A stretch of DNA of 60,116 bases. It comes from an uncultured Ktedonobacteraceae bacterium. Its GTDB lineage: Bacteria; Chloroflexota; Ktedonobacteria; Ktedonobacterales; Ktedonobacteraceae. Position 1 is the stretch's first letter. Each line of letters opens with the position of its first letter. The stretch spans positions 18,736-78,851 of the forward strand of contig CAXUIS010000002.1 in NCBI GenBank assembly GCA_964250915.1, written 5' to 3'. The notes below the pieces were generated by a model, which was not told where the DNA came from, did no database searches, and saw only the letters and a program-made list of their open reading frames with translations. This document shows positions 17,684 through 27,570 of the stretch, in pieces. The position numbers and the translations under genes were made by a program.

Positions 17684-18826
17684 ATGTCGGAACCCATTCG
17701 TATTCTCGCCGTTGATATTGGTACAGGAACACAGGATATCTTACTTTTCGAGAGCGGAAAAACGATAGAGAACTGTTTCAAGATGGTTATGCCCTCACCA
17801 ACGGTTATTGTTGCTAACCGCGTAAAGCAAGCGACGAAGCAGGGACAACCTATTGTCCTTACGGGTGTAACAATGGGTGGTGGTCCTTCACACTGGGCAA
17901 CGCGCGATCATGCGCTTGCCGGTTATGCTGTTGCTGTTACGCCTGAAGCGGGACGCACGTTCGATGACGATCTCACAATGGTTGAGCGAATGGGCTTCGA
18001 GATTATTGATGACGATGAGGCAATACAGCGTATCACGCATCCTGATGTTGTCCATATTGAACTACAGGACTTTGACGCGCAAGCGATCACAACCGCATTC
18101 AACGCCTTTGATATCAGTCCGCGTGTTGATGCACTCGCACTTGCAGCATTTGATCATGGGGCCGCCCCACCTGATATCAGTGATCGGCGTTTTCGTTTTG
18201 ATTTTCTTGCAAAAACGGTGCACGCAAATCCTACTCCAAGTGCCTTTGCCTATTCCATAGAGGATATTCCGGTTGAGCTAACACGACTACAAGCTCTAGC
18301 AAAGAGTGTGAAACACTATCTGGAGCTTACGCACTCGGATACTCATACACCATTGTTTCTAATGGATACGGGGTCAGCAGCCGTCCTTGGTTCACTAGAA
18401 GACCCGCTTGTACGCAAGCAGCAGGAGAGCCTCTTATGCAATATTGGAAATTTTCACACCCTTGCATTTCACCTTGTGCAAGGACGTATTGCAGGTATTT
18501 TTGAACATCATACAGGAGAAATCAGCAAGACAAGGTTGGAAGAACTACTTGTCAAACTGGCACAAGGAACGCTCTCAAATGAAGAGGTATTTGCAGATAG
18601 TGGTCACGGAGCACTTATTGTGCAAAAATCTTCATCACACACTCATACGTTGCCTTTTCTGTCAGTAACTGGGCCTCGACGAGAACTCTTACGCGGTTCA
18701 CAACTTCATCCCTATGAAGCGGTTCCGCACGGCGATATGATGTTGGCAGGGTGTTACGGTCTCTTGCGCGCTCTTGCCAACCATGAGCCGCGCTTGGCAC
18801 CTGCAATTGAACCATCGCTCTTATAG
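17684..18826 (+). CDS. DUF1786-like ASKHA-fold protein
   Basis: N-terminal ILAVDIGTGTQDILLF phosphate-1 type motif of the actin/hexokinase/Hsp70 fold; overall resemblance to DUF1786. Assignment from memory only. Confidence 0.5.
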   Translation: MSEPIRILAVDIGTGTQDILLFESGKTIENCFKMVMPSPTVIVANRVKQATKQGQPIVLTGVTMGGGPSHWATRDHALAGYAVAVTPEAGRTFDDDLTMVERMGFEIIDDDEAIQRITHPDVVHIELQDFDAQAITTAFNAFDISPRVDALALAAFDHGAAPPDISDRRFRFDFLAKTVHANPTPSAFAYSIEDIPVELTRLQALAKSVKHYLELTHSDTHTPLFLMDTGSAAVLGSLEDPLVRKQQESLLCNIGNFHTLAFHLVQGRIAGIFEHHTGEISKTRLEELLVKLAQGTLSNEEVFADSGHGALIVQKSSSHTHTLPFLSVTGPRRELLRGSQLHPYEAVPHGDMMLAGCYGLLRALANHEPRLAPAIEPSLL

Positions 18827-18868
18827 ATGTTGTAGCATTTTTAGCAAGTCTAGAAAGAAGAATAAAAT

Positions 18869-19582
18869 ATGGCTGGATATATCGTACTTGAGGGCGGGGC
18901 CGAGTTTGGTGGAAAAATGGTGGAACCAGACCAACAAGCTCTAAAACTGGCAGGTGGCCCATCGGCTCGTATCAGTATTATCCCAACGGCTGCCGCACCG
19001 GATAACAACCATCAACGTGCAGGAAGAAATGGTGTGAATTGGTTCGCACGTCTCGGTGCTGCTCATGTTGAAGCACTGCCCCTTGTAGATAAAGCGTCAG
19101 CAAATAATGCGAGTATTGTAACTGCTATTCGTCAGTCTCAACTCATCTATCTCTTGGGTGGCTTCACAGGATATCTTGGTCAAACCCTCGCGGGCAGTGA
19201 TAGCTGGAAGGCTATGCTTGCTGCATACGAGAGTGGGGCAGTGATAGCTGGTAGTAGTGCTGGCGCAATGGTCTTATGCGAGTATTATTTTGATCCAAGT
19301 ACAGGAAAAGTTGTTAATGGATTGGCATTAGTGCCAAATACCTGCGTTCTACCTCATCATAATACCTTTGGGAAAGGGTGGGTATCACGTTTAACACAAC
19401 TGCTTCCCCAAGTAGTTCTCGTTGGTATTGACGAACACACAGGGATGATAGACGATGGAGAAGGAGATAAAAAGAGTACGTGGCATGTTTATGGACAAGG
19501 AGCGGTAACGCTCTATCGCCAGGGGAAGGCAGTAGTGTATAGAACAGGCGAGACATTCACGGATACCTTTGTGACATCGTGA
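18869..19582 (+). CDS. Peptidase S51 (cyanophycinase-like) family protein, second paralogue
   Basis: LLGGFTGY...GAVIAGSSAGAMVL and LPHHN motifs, parallel to the gene at 10602-11375. Confidence 0.7.
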   Translation: MAGYIVLEGGAEFGGKMVEPDQQALKLAGGPSARISIIPTAAAPDNNHQRAGRNGVNWFARLGAAHVEALPLVDKASANNASIVTAIRQSQLIYLLGGFTGYLGQTLAGSDSWKAMLAAYESGAVIAGSSAGAMVLCEYYFDPSTGKVVNGLALVPNTCVLPHHNTFGKGWVSRLTQLLPQVVLVGIDEHTGMIDDGEGDKKSTWHVYGQGAVTLYRQGKAVVYRTGETFTDTFVTS

Positions 19583-19617
19583 ATAAAGAATGAAAAATAA
19601 AAGTAATGAACAAATGC

Positions 19618-21240
19618 TCAGTCTATACGGTGCAGGTGATGTATTTTCAATGCGATCTGCAACGAGAGGCGTAACTCAGCGTCTTCAAGAGAACGTCCCA
19701 GAATTTCCTCGATGCGCTCTAAACGATAGATGAGAGAGTTACGATGAAAATGCATGGTGCGTGCCGTTTGACTAAGGTTGCCATTATATTGAAAATAGCA
19801 CTCTAGCGTCTTGATGTACGTTCCATCATGACGTGCATCATAGTCAAGCAGAGGACCAAGCATCTCTTGATAGAACGTAGTAAGTTCACTTTGACCATCA
19901 AGGTAAAAGAGCAAACGATAGATACCAAGACGCGCAAAGGAATGAATTTTTCCTTCACCAAAGAGGCGACGCCCAATTTCTACCGCACGTTGTGCCTCAC
20001 GAAATGACTGTGGAATACCCTGTACATGTGTTGTCATACGCCCAATACCGCACGAGAATAGAGGAAGGGCAGTATTGCCTCGGTTTTGCTGCAAGCGTGT
20101 AGAGAAGCGTTCTATACGTGAGACAAGCGTTTGCTCTTCCTCAGTCTCACCTTGTTGCTCTTCCTCAGCAAATGTGATAACTGGTACAAGGACAGTAATA
20201 CGCTGTGCATCACTCATAACCCAGCATGTAGGCCACAGACGCACCATCTCCTCCCGAACACGACGCGCCCATAGTGCAAGCATTGCGTCTTCTTCGTTTG
20301 ATGAGGCTTCAAAGAGTACAACGATTTGTGGAATTGTAAGATCATAACCGAGGTGGCGTACACGTGCGAGTATCTCTTCTGGCTGCTGATATTGCCCTTG
20401 TAGCACATTCATGAAGGCTTCTACATGATAGCGGCTCTCTACCTCGCTACGTTCACGCTCTCTGGCGAACTCTATGGAAAAAATAGGCGTAATGTGGTTG
20501 AGAACAAGGCGTTCTGAGTAATCAAAGGCACTTTCATCACCAATAAGTGAAAGATAGCCAACAATTTCATGTCGGATCAGAATAGGCTCAACCACGCGTG
20601 CCAGGCCATGACTACGTAGAAATTCGTCGGTCAAAGGATCAGAGAGAAGCAACGTTTTCGTAGCAGGTGGCGCGGATTGAAAACGTATATGTTGCTCGGC
20701 ATCTTGCATAACCACCCATTTGCCACGACTGATCGCTAGATACTCGCAAACACCTGCGATACCCACACCTTGAATGCTTAACTGCATAAGTTGTTGAGAC
20801 ATCTCCGTCGCTTTGCGCTCAATCTCATCACGAAAACTTACGACAAAGGCAATAACTTCGCGTTCAATCTCTTCAATAGGTGCTAATGGAGGGAGCAAGA
20901 GAAGCGGAAGATGCAGATGATTGGCGAGCATGATCGCCTCTGTATCAAGCGTTTCAAGTGACTGTGCAGCGACAGCGACAGCTGCCACACCTTCTTTATG
21001 CAAACTTGCAAGTAAGTGTGGTAACGTCTCATTCAATCGCCGTAGTTTAGCGAGTGTGAGTAGGGCAAGTTCACCCCCTTGTATGCTATCAAACGCGGGA
21101 AGACGTGCTCGCATACTGCACGACCACGTGATTCGACGTTCTAACCCTTCTGCACCTGCAACTAACGCGGCATCGCGTGAAGCGAGCAGCGTTAGAACAC
21201 TGCGTACAGAAGCAGATGATATAGGTGGTGAACTGCTCAT
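19618..21240 (-). CDS. PucR family transcriptional regulator
   Basis: 540 aa with an N-terminal PucR-like sensor and the C-terminal HTH NGNLSQTARTMHFHRNSLIYRLERIEEILG. Confidence 0.8.
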   Translation of the reverse strand: MSSSPPISSASVRSVLTLLASRDAALVAGAEGLERRITWSCSMRARLPAFDSIQGGELALLTLAKLRRLNETLPHLLASLHKEGVAAVAVAAQSLETLDTEAIMLANHLHLPLLLLPPLAPIEEIEREVIAFVVSFRDEIERKATEMSQQLMQLSIQGVGIAGVCEYLAISRGKWVVMQDAEQHIRFQSAPPATKTLLLSDPLTDEFLRSHGLARVVEPILIRHEIVGYLSLIGDESAFDYSERLVLNHITPIFSIEFARERERSEVESRYHVEAFMNVLQGQYQQPEEILARVRHLGYDLTIPQIVVLFEASSNEEDAMLALWARRVREEMVRLWPTCWVMSDAQRITVLVPVITFAEEEQQGETEEEQTLVSRIERFSTRLQQNRGNTALPLFSCGIGRMTTHVQGIPQSFREAQRAVEIGRRLFGEGKIHSFARLGIYRLLFYLDGQSELTTFYQEMLGPLLDYDARHDGTYIKTLECYFQYNGNLSQTARTMHFHRNSLIYRLERIEEILGRSLEDAELRLSLQIALKIHHLHRID

Positions 21241-21271
21241 AGCTCTCTTCGCTTACACGCGACATGCCGTT

Positions 21272-21403
21272 TTATCTGGTCCGTACTGATGCTGAGGGAG
21301 ATACAGAAGTTGTTGCGTTCGCCTTGAGTGCCTTCTGCTTTTCTTCAAACTTCTTTTTGCCTTTAAGGTGCTTATGCCATGCTACACGTTTTGTCTTGTT
21401 CAT
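21272..21403 (-). CDS. Candidate 43-aa Lys-rich small protein (below the ORF-track cutoff)
   Basis: My translation: MNKTKRVAWHKHLKGKKKFEEKQKALKANATTSVSPSASVRTR. GGAAAGG purine tract 8-9 nt upstream of the ATG. It fills the gap between the TPR gene and pucR on the same strand. Confidence 0.3.
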   Translation of the reverse strand: MNKTKRVAWHKHLKGKKKFEEKQKALKANATTSVSPSASVRTR

Positions 21404-21464
21404 CTCTATTGCCTTTCCTATTTTCAGAGCATTCATGAGAGTGCCCCACTACGTTTGTTGTACC

Positions 21465-22277
21465 CTATTCTTCGGGTTCGTTTGTATTCTCGAAATCAAC
21501 TTCGGTCAGATCGTCACCCTCATCGCCGCCATCAAAGTACTCGTCATCGTTGCCTAACTCGTCGTCATCTTCGCCACGGTCATAACGTAGCATACTATCT
21601 TTGATGTATGCACGAATAGTATCGCCACTCCCTTGTGATGGGAAACTCACTTTGCCAAACATGCTTGGATGTTGATACTCTTCGCGCATGATAAGTCGAA
21701 CCTGCTCATTGTCCTTCGCAAGAATAGCTGCGGCATACCGATTGCCGCCTTCCATAAAGGTAATCAAGCGATTTGCAAGTCTTGGCTCGACCTGTCCAAT
21801 GTCTTCACCTGCGGTATTACGCACGAGCAGAGTATGACCGATACGCTGTAATTGTACACGGTCTCCAACGCCCACCGTCGCAAGGATAGCGGGTGCAGCG
21901 AGGTTCAACAAATCGGTGACGCCTGTTTTACCTGTTTCCTCAATAAAGAGTCGAGGATCGATGCGTTCCGCTACCACATGTGTCGGTGTCGGTGTTTCCT
22001 GAATCAGTGAAAGACGATCCAGGTTTTTCTTGGCAATGACGTTCTTCGGATTATATTTCAGCGTCTGCGAGTACGCCTGGCGCGCCTCTGAATACTGTCC
22101 TAGTTCGCTATGTGCCTTACCCAGCCGGTTCAAGGCTTCTTGCTCCTGAGGGAACAGACTCAAGATATTTTTGTTGGTAGTGACGGCCTCTTCCCATAGA
22201 CCTTCCTGTGCCTGTTTTACAGCCAGATCGGTCCATTGTTTTTTTGTTCGTGTCTTTTCTTCAGCAGACTGCGTCAT
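21465..22277 (-). CDS. TPR-repeat protein with acidic C-terminal tail
   Basis: TPR-like pairs (EEAVTTNKNILSLFPQEQEALNRLGKAHSELGQYSEARQAYSQTLKYNP), unassigned central domain, DDDELGNDDEYFDGGDEGDD tail. GGAGGG SD. Confidence 0.6.
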   Translation of the reverse strand: MTQSAEEKTRTKKQWTDLAVKQAQEGLWEEAVTTNKNILSLFPQEQEALNRLGKAHSELGQYSEARQAYSQTLKYNPKNVIAKKNLDRLSLIQETPTPTHVVAERIDPRLFIEETGKTGVTDLLNLAAPAILATVGVGDRVQLQRIGHTLLVRNTAGEDIGQVEPRLANRLITFMEGGNRYAAAILAKDNEQVRLIMREEYQHPSMFGKVSFPSQGSGDTIRAYIKDSMLRYDRGEDDDELGNDDEYFDGGDEGDDLTEVDFENTNEPEE

Positions 22278-22337
22278 TCAACGCCCTCCATTTTATCGGA
22301 AATTCGGCATACGAGCCTTGTATGTATAGTTTGCCTA

Positions 22338-23834
22338 TTATACCGCAACCATGCAACCCTGTAATGACCAGGGCGTAACGCGCTCAATGCGAACGCTTAC
22401 AAGCTCCCCTGGCTGAATATTTCGAGTCATAGTTGTTTCTATGTGTTCAGGTTGTGGAAAGAAAACGAGTTTATTCGTGCGATTGCGACCACGCCAGCGT
22501 TGCAGTCCATGCGCAGAGTGTTCCTCTTCAACAAGCACCTCCTCAACTCTATTGAGATAGGACTGGTTAATCTCAAGTGCTATCTTTGTTTGCAGGTCCT
22601 CTACAGCATGCAAACGCCGTTTTTTCTCTGCCAATGGCACATCGTCTTCCCAACGGGCAGCTACTGTGCCAGGACGTACAGAATAGGCAGCAACATGCAC
22701 AATATCGAAACGTACCTTTTCTATCAAATCCAACGTATGCTGAAATTCCTCTTCGGTTTCGCCACAAAAACCGACAATAACATCCGTCGAGAGCGAGATG
22801 CTAGGCCATAACTCACGTACACGATCTACACGCTCACAGTATTCAGCCAAGGAGTAGCCACGCTTCATACGCTTTAACATAGCGTCGTCGCCAGCTTGTA
22901 CCGGAATATTAAGATGCTCACATACCTTTGGCAAATGCGCCATACGCTCAATTATGCTATCGGTCATATAGCGTGGGTACGAGGTCATAAAGCGAATACG
23001 CTCCAGACCCTCAATCTCGCTCAGATCGGTCATCAGGTCGGCAAGATTTGGCTTGTTGGGCAAGTCTAGGCCATACGACTCGACAGTTTGTCCAAGCAAC
23101 GTCACTTCTTTTGCACCCTTTCTGACAAGGGAACGAGTCTCAGTGATGAGTTCATCAATCGGACGGCTACGCTCACGACCTCGACGATAGGGCACAATAC
23201 AGTATGTACAGACCTTGTTACAGCCTAGTACAATAGGAAGCCACGCTGTCACGCTAGCTTGAACAGGCTCTATTTTCGTTGGATAGTGCGCGATACGTTC
23301 TCCTGGTTTCGGTGTGATTGCCATTGGCAACACACTCCGTCTACCCCCTCTCTCGAAAGAGGTAGCGTAAGTTGGCATTGCTGGATCCGTCGAGATAGGA
23401 AGATCATTGTCAGGGACGTATTCGATATCCAAACAACCTGCGCCAGAGATGGGAGTCCAACGTTCCTCAAGGAAACGAGGTAGAATGTCGGCTTGCTCGA
23501 CCTTCATGAAGAGGTCAACATGCGGATAGCGTTTGCTAAGTTCATCAATAGTTTTCTGATTGCCAATCATGCATCCCATCAATGTTACAAGAAGGTCACT
23601 TCGCTCTTCTTTTGCACGTCGAAGCTTTGCAAGCAGATTGTGCGCTTTTTCTTCCGGTGCCTGTCGCACACTACATGTATTGAGAACCACGAGATTCGCC
23701 TGCTCCATGCTTGCCTCTTCCCAGCCAAGGTCATCGAGCATAGTCTGTACACGTTGTGAATCAGCTTGATTCATCTGACAGCCTACCGTCCAAATATGAT
23801 ATTTTCCACGTGCAATCGCTGTTGTGGTGGTCAT
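22338..23834 (-). CDS. miaB: tRNA-2-methylthio-N6-dimethylallyladenosine synthase MiaB
   Basis: MTTase N-domain (HIWTVGCQMNQ), radical-SAM CNKVCTYC, C-terminal TRAM. ATG at 23834 preferred over the upstream extension. Confidence 0.9.
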   Translation of the reverse strand: MTTTTAIARGKYHIWTVGCQMNQADSQRVQTMLDDLGWEEASMEQANLVVLNTCSVRQAPEEKAHNLLAKLRRAKEERSDLLVTLMGCMIGNQKTIDELSKRYPHVDLFMKVEQADILPRFLEERWTPISGAGCLDIEYVPDNDLPISTDPAMPTYATSFERGGRRSVLPMAITPKPGERIAHYPTKIEPVQASVTAWLPIVLGCNKVCTYCIVPYRRGRERSRPIDELITETRSLVRKGAKEVTLLGQTVESYGLDLPNKPNLADLMTDLSEIEGLERIRFMTSYPRYMTDSIIERMAHLPKVCEHLNIPVQAGDDAMLKRMKRGYSLAEYCERVDRVRELWPSISLSTDVIVGFCGETEEEFQHTLDLIEKVRFDIVHVAAYSVRPGTVAARWEDDVPLAEKKRRLHAVEDLQTKIALEINQSYLNRVEEVLVEEEHSAHGLQRWRGRNRTNKLVFFPQPEHIETTMTRNIQPGELVSVRIERVTPWSLQGCMVAV

Positions 23835-24110
23835 GCGCAAGCCTCTCTTAGCATCTGTATGTTCTTGCAATGGGATAGAAAAATCGCTACCATCTCTAAG
23901 TCCGCTATTATACACTAAGCGAGGCATGTTGTCACGATATTTTTTGAGATGCTATAGGACATTCATCTAAATTTAATGCCAGAGATACTACACCTTAATT
24001 TATACGTCTAAGTAAGTAGTATTTTATGATAAGCTCTCCCTTATTATTTTGAGGGCTTCGCAAATATCACGCCTCCACAAAAAAATATGTATGAGAAGGA
24101 TTGTTATTTG

Positions 24111-25247
24111 ATGCGTTCTTTAAAAATCTTTGGTCTCAGTACTCTTGTAGTGCTTTGTGTTGCGCTGAGTGTCATCTGGGCGAGTCCGGCGTATTCAATG
24201 TGGGCGAGATCAGCCTCACCGTCACCAAAAACGACATCCATACCACGACAGACAAAGGCTATGGGTCCATATACGGTGAAGGGCAATGCTGTTTTGGGTG
24301 CAGATGGCAGACGTTATTATTTTCATGGTGTTGGACGTGACGGTTTAGAGTATAGTTGCTGGGGCGATGGACATTTTACGCAAAAAGAACTTGCCTACAT
24401 AGGTTCAGGCGCCTCGACCAAAGCAGCAACCTATTGGGGTGCAAATACTGTTCGTTTACCCCTATCAGAAGGCTTCTGGCTCAAAGGACAACCATCTGCA
24501 AAATGTTCTGCCGCGCAATACCATCAATTAGTTAATCAAACTATCAAGGCATTGACAGCTTTGCATCTCAACGTTATGATTGACCTCCAATGGTCGGACG
24601 CAGGTGGTCAATCACTTGGTGCTGGCAGTGCGTGGGCCATGCCGGACGCAGATAGTGTTACGTTCTGGCAACAGGTAGCGACTGTGTACAAAGGCTATCC
24701 GAATGTGCTGTTCGAGCTATTTAACGAACCACACCCAGCACAGTGGTCATGTTGGAATGCGCCATGTACTATGACGAACGATTCATCGAATGCTCAAACA
24801 GTAACGTACCACAGTGTTGGTATACAAGCTCTTGTTAACGCAGTACGCGGTACTGGTGCTAAGAATCTAGCAATTGTTGGTGGTATGGCCTGGGGATTTG
24901 ATCTCAGCCAGATTGCCCATTATACGCTAAAAGGATCGAATATCGTCTATGATACACATCCCTATCCCTATGGAGATAAACAACCACAGTTATGGGATGC
25001 AGCCTTTGGAAATGTGAGCACAACGTATCCAGTGATCTCTGCAGAAAGTGGAGAGTATGATTGTGGTACAAGCTACATGAGTAAGCTTCTCCCATACTTC
25101 GATGCTCATCAGATAGGTTGGGTTGCATGGGCATGGACGGTGCAAGGAGATGCATGTGGCTATCCACTACTGATTAAAGCTTATAATGGTGCTCCGTCAC
25201 AACCAATGGGTCAGTACATCTATCAGCATCTTCAAAGCTACAAGTAA
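24111..25247 (+). CDS. Secreted glycoside hydrolase family 5 (cellulase-type)
   Basis: Signal peptide; FELFNEPH (acid/base Glu) and a later ISAESGEY nucleophile region. Confidence 0.8.
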   Translation: MRSLKIFGLSTLVVLCVALSVIWASPAYSMWARSASPSPKTTSIPRQTKAMGPYTVKGNAVLGADGRRYYFHGVGRDGLEYSCWGDGHFTQKELAYIGSGASTKAATYWGANTVRLPLSEGFWLKGQPSAKCSAAQYHQLVNQTIKALTALHLNVMIDLQWSDAGGQSLGAGSAWAMPDADSVTFWQQVATVYKGYPNVLFELFNEPHPAQWSCWNAPCTMTNDSSNAQTVTYHSVGIQALVNAVRGTGAKNLAIVGGMAWGFDLSQIAHYTLKGSNIVYDTHPYPYGDKQPQLWDAAFGNVSTTYPVISAESGEYDCGTSYMSKLLPYFDAHQIGWVAWAWTVQGDACGYPLLIKAYNGAPSQPMGQYIYQHLQSYK

Positions 25248-25256
25248 AAGATGGTC

Positions 25257-25366
25257 ATAAAAGCCAGGGCACCCGCAAGGGGATGCCCCTCCCATATAAC
25301 AAGGGCACATGGGACGCGAGTTCATGTATGGGAGGGGTATCCCCTTGCGGGTGCCCTGGCTTTTAT
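25257..25366. repeat. Palindromic dispersed repeat, family A, intact copy (40-nt arms, 30-nt loop)
   Basis: ATAAAAGCCAGGGCACCCGCAAGGGGATGCCCCTCCCATA (25257-25296) pairs with 25327-25366 with 1 mismatch. It sits 10 nt after the GH5 stop and overlaps the stop of the convergent ligase gene. Related copies at 58417-58741 and 60101-60116. Confidence 0.85.
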
Positions 25367-26706
25367 TTCTTCCGTCTATCTTCAACACGTGCACTGGCGG
25401 TTTTTGACTCACCACCGCTGGCACGAGGTAAGCTATCAGCAGGTACAAGCTCTACTTTTGGTGAGTTACCTGTAATAGTTTTTACTGCTTCCGCCATCTC
25501 ACGCCCTAGTGTATACGCATAGTCTGAATTGCTCAATAATGCCGAGTCCTTGACTTCGACCTTGAGATCGAAGGTATCCAGATTGTTACGTTTATCGACG
25601 ATGATACGGAAGTTCGCACCAGTCTCAGGAAATCTTACAAGAGCGGCCTCAACCTGACTTGGAAAGACGATGAGTCCACGAATAGAAACAGCATCATCGC
25701 TACGGCCCTTGATTGCACCAATTTTGGGATGTGATCGTCCACAGGCACAGCGTTCCTCCCACCATGTACGTGAGAGATCGCGGCTACGATAGCGAATCAT
25801 CGCGGTACCATCGGCAGAGAGCCACGTCCAGACCAGTTCACCGTCTTGCCTTTCCTCAACAGGTTCGCCCGTTTCGGGGTTGATGCACTCAACCAGAAAC
25901 GCATCGGCCCATGCATGCATGCCATCGCGTACCTCACATTCGCAGGTCATACCGGGTCCAAGAAATTCTGTCATGCCAAACTCATCATATGCCGTAAAGT
26001 TGAAAAGTTCTTCCAGTTTTACACGCGTCTCCCAAGGCCACGGCTCGGCACCAAAAAGTCCTATTTTGAGTTTTGTATTCTTGAAGTTGACCCCTCGCTC
26101 ACGTGCTTTACCCCCAACATAGAGGCCGACAGATGGAGTCATACATACAGCAGTGACACCAAAGTCGAGAATAAAATCGAGCATACGGTCATATTGGCGC
26201 GCATCTGACCCCATTGGAATCGCCATAACATCCATTGCCATTGCTCCATAGTGGAAGCCAAAGCCACCCGTAGCCATACCATAGCCATAACAATTCATTA
26301 ACACATCACCCGGACGCATACCTGTCATCCATAATTCGCGTGCATTAAGGTCTGCCCAGTAATCAATGTCCTTTTTAGTCGCAAAAACAGGAACACTTTT
26401 ACCCGTTGTACCACTCGTTGCATGAATTTCTAAGGCACCACCTGAACCACCAGGAGACACGAAAGCCATACCATAAGGATAGGCGTCCCGCACTGTCTTT
26501 TTTTCCAGAAAGGGCAACTTACAAATATCCGCCAGCGTTTGAATATCGGAGGGCTTTACCCCCGCTTGGTCATATAAGTTACGATAAAACTGATTTTGAT
26601 TGTATGCTCGCTCTACAATCGCTTGCAATCGCTGCAACTGTAGAGCCTGTAGTTTGCTTTTAGAGAGGGCTTCTATCTCTTCATTAAAAAATTTACGATT
26701 CCTCAT
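25363..26706 (-). CDS. Phenylacetate-CoA ligase (PaaK / F390 synthetase) family adenylate-forming enzyme
   Basis: LPFLEKKTVRDAYPYG...IHATSGTTGKSVPVF motif order typical of PaaK-like ligases. ATG at 26706. Confidence 0.8.
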   Translation of the reverse strand: MRNRKFFNEEIEALSKSKLQALQLQRLQAIVERAYNQNQFYRNLYDQAGVKPSDIQTLADICKLPFLEKKTVRDAYPYGMAFVSPGGSGGALEIHATSGTTGKSVPVFATKKDIDYWADLNARELWMTGMRPGDVLMNCYGYGMATGGFGFHYGAMAMDVMAIPMGSDARQYDRMLDFILDFGVTAVCMTPSVGLYVGGKARERGVNFKNTKLKIGLFGAEPWPWETRVKLEELFNFTAYDEFGMTEFLGPGMTCECEVRDGMHAWADAFLVECINPETGEPVEERQDGELVWTWLSADGTAMIRYRSRDLSRTWWEERCACGRSHPKIGAIKGRSDDAVSIRGLIVFPSQVEAALVRFPETGANFRIIVDKRNNLDTFDLKVEVKDSALLSNSDYAYTLGREMAEAVKTITGNSPKVELVPADSLPRASGGESKTASARVEDRRKK

Positions 26707-26871
26707 ACGAGTAACGAGTTCCTCCAAATTTGTACAAAATAATGTGCACCAATACATCCATGTGTGTGACGCATATACCCTATCATACTATAGCTGTCGA
26801 GATTTTAGGGGATGGACGACAAAAAGTGATATGCTGAGGGAAAGAAAAGCAACAAGGAGTATATAGACGTT

Positions 26872-27534
26872 ATGGTACAAAAAAGTGGAGCGGTACAGGC
26901 CGTTATTTGGGACCTCGATGGTGTTGTTATCGACAGTGAAGAGGATCATAAGAAAGCATGGCAACGTTTGGCACACGAGACTGGCAAGGAGTTTAGCGAC
27001 GAGCAGTTCGCCGCAACCTTCGGTTGGCGTAACGATGCTATCGTACCAACGGTATGGGGTACGGTATCGAGAGAAGAGTTACAAGAACTCGCGGACCGTA
27101 AAGAAGCGTATTACCGGAATTATATGCGTCAAACAGTATCGTTTTTACCGGGCGCACAAGAATTGATGAGTGCGTTGCATAAAGCTGGTTATCCACAAGC
27201 GATAGGCTCATCGGCTCCTATCGCAAATATTGAACTTGTAACAGAGGTACTGGGACTGAAACGCTATATTAATGCATTTGTTTCTGGTGAGACTGTACCG
27301 CACGGCAAGCCCGCACCAGATATATTTCTTAAGGCGGCAAAAGAGCTAGCTATTGAGCCGAAACAGTGTCTTGTGATTGAGGATGCGGTTGCTGGTGTTG
27401 CTGCCGCGCGTGCTGGCGGCATGTATAGTATTGCCGTTGCCTATGGGCGTGTGTTACCAGGATTACAGATAGCGACGTTGGTAGTCAGAGACCTGACCGA
27501 GGTTAATCTGAAGCGTATCCAAGGTCTTACTTGA
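26872..27534 (+). CDS. HAD-superfamily hydrolase (beta-phosphoglucomutase-like subfamily IA)
   Basis: Motif I WDLDGVVIDSE, cap helices, GSSAP, GKPAPDIF, IEDAVAGV. AAGGAG SD. Confidence 0.8.
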   Translation: MVQKSGAVQAVIWDLDGVVIDSEEDHKKAWQRLAHETGKEFSDEQFAATFGWRNDAIVPTVWGTVSREELQELADRKEAYYRNYMRQTVSFLPGAQELMSALHKAGYPQAIGSSAPIANIELVTEVLGLKRYINAFVSGETVPHGKPAPDIFLKAAKELAIEPKQCLVIEDAVAGVAAARAGGMYSIAVAYGRVLPGLQIATLVVRDLTEVNLKRIQGLT

Positions 27535-27570
27535 CAAGCAGGGGTATCAATGGCACAATACGTTCCACAT

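Noticed and set aside
25197-25522. ORFs 25197-25448 (-), 25251-25475 (+) and 25283-25522 (+), and likewise 58255-58623 (-) and 58284-58556 (-), containing GGASPCGCPG-like peptides
   Set aside because: They are translations of the family A palindromic repeat in different frames and strands. The same peptide appears on both strands because the DNA is palindromic. They are not genes.
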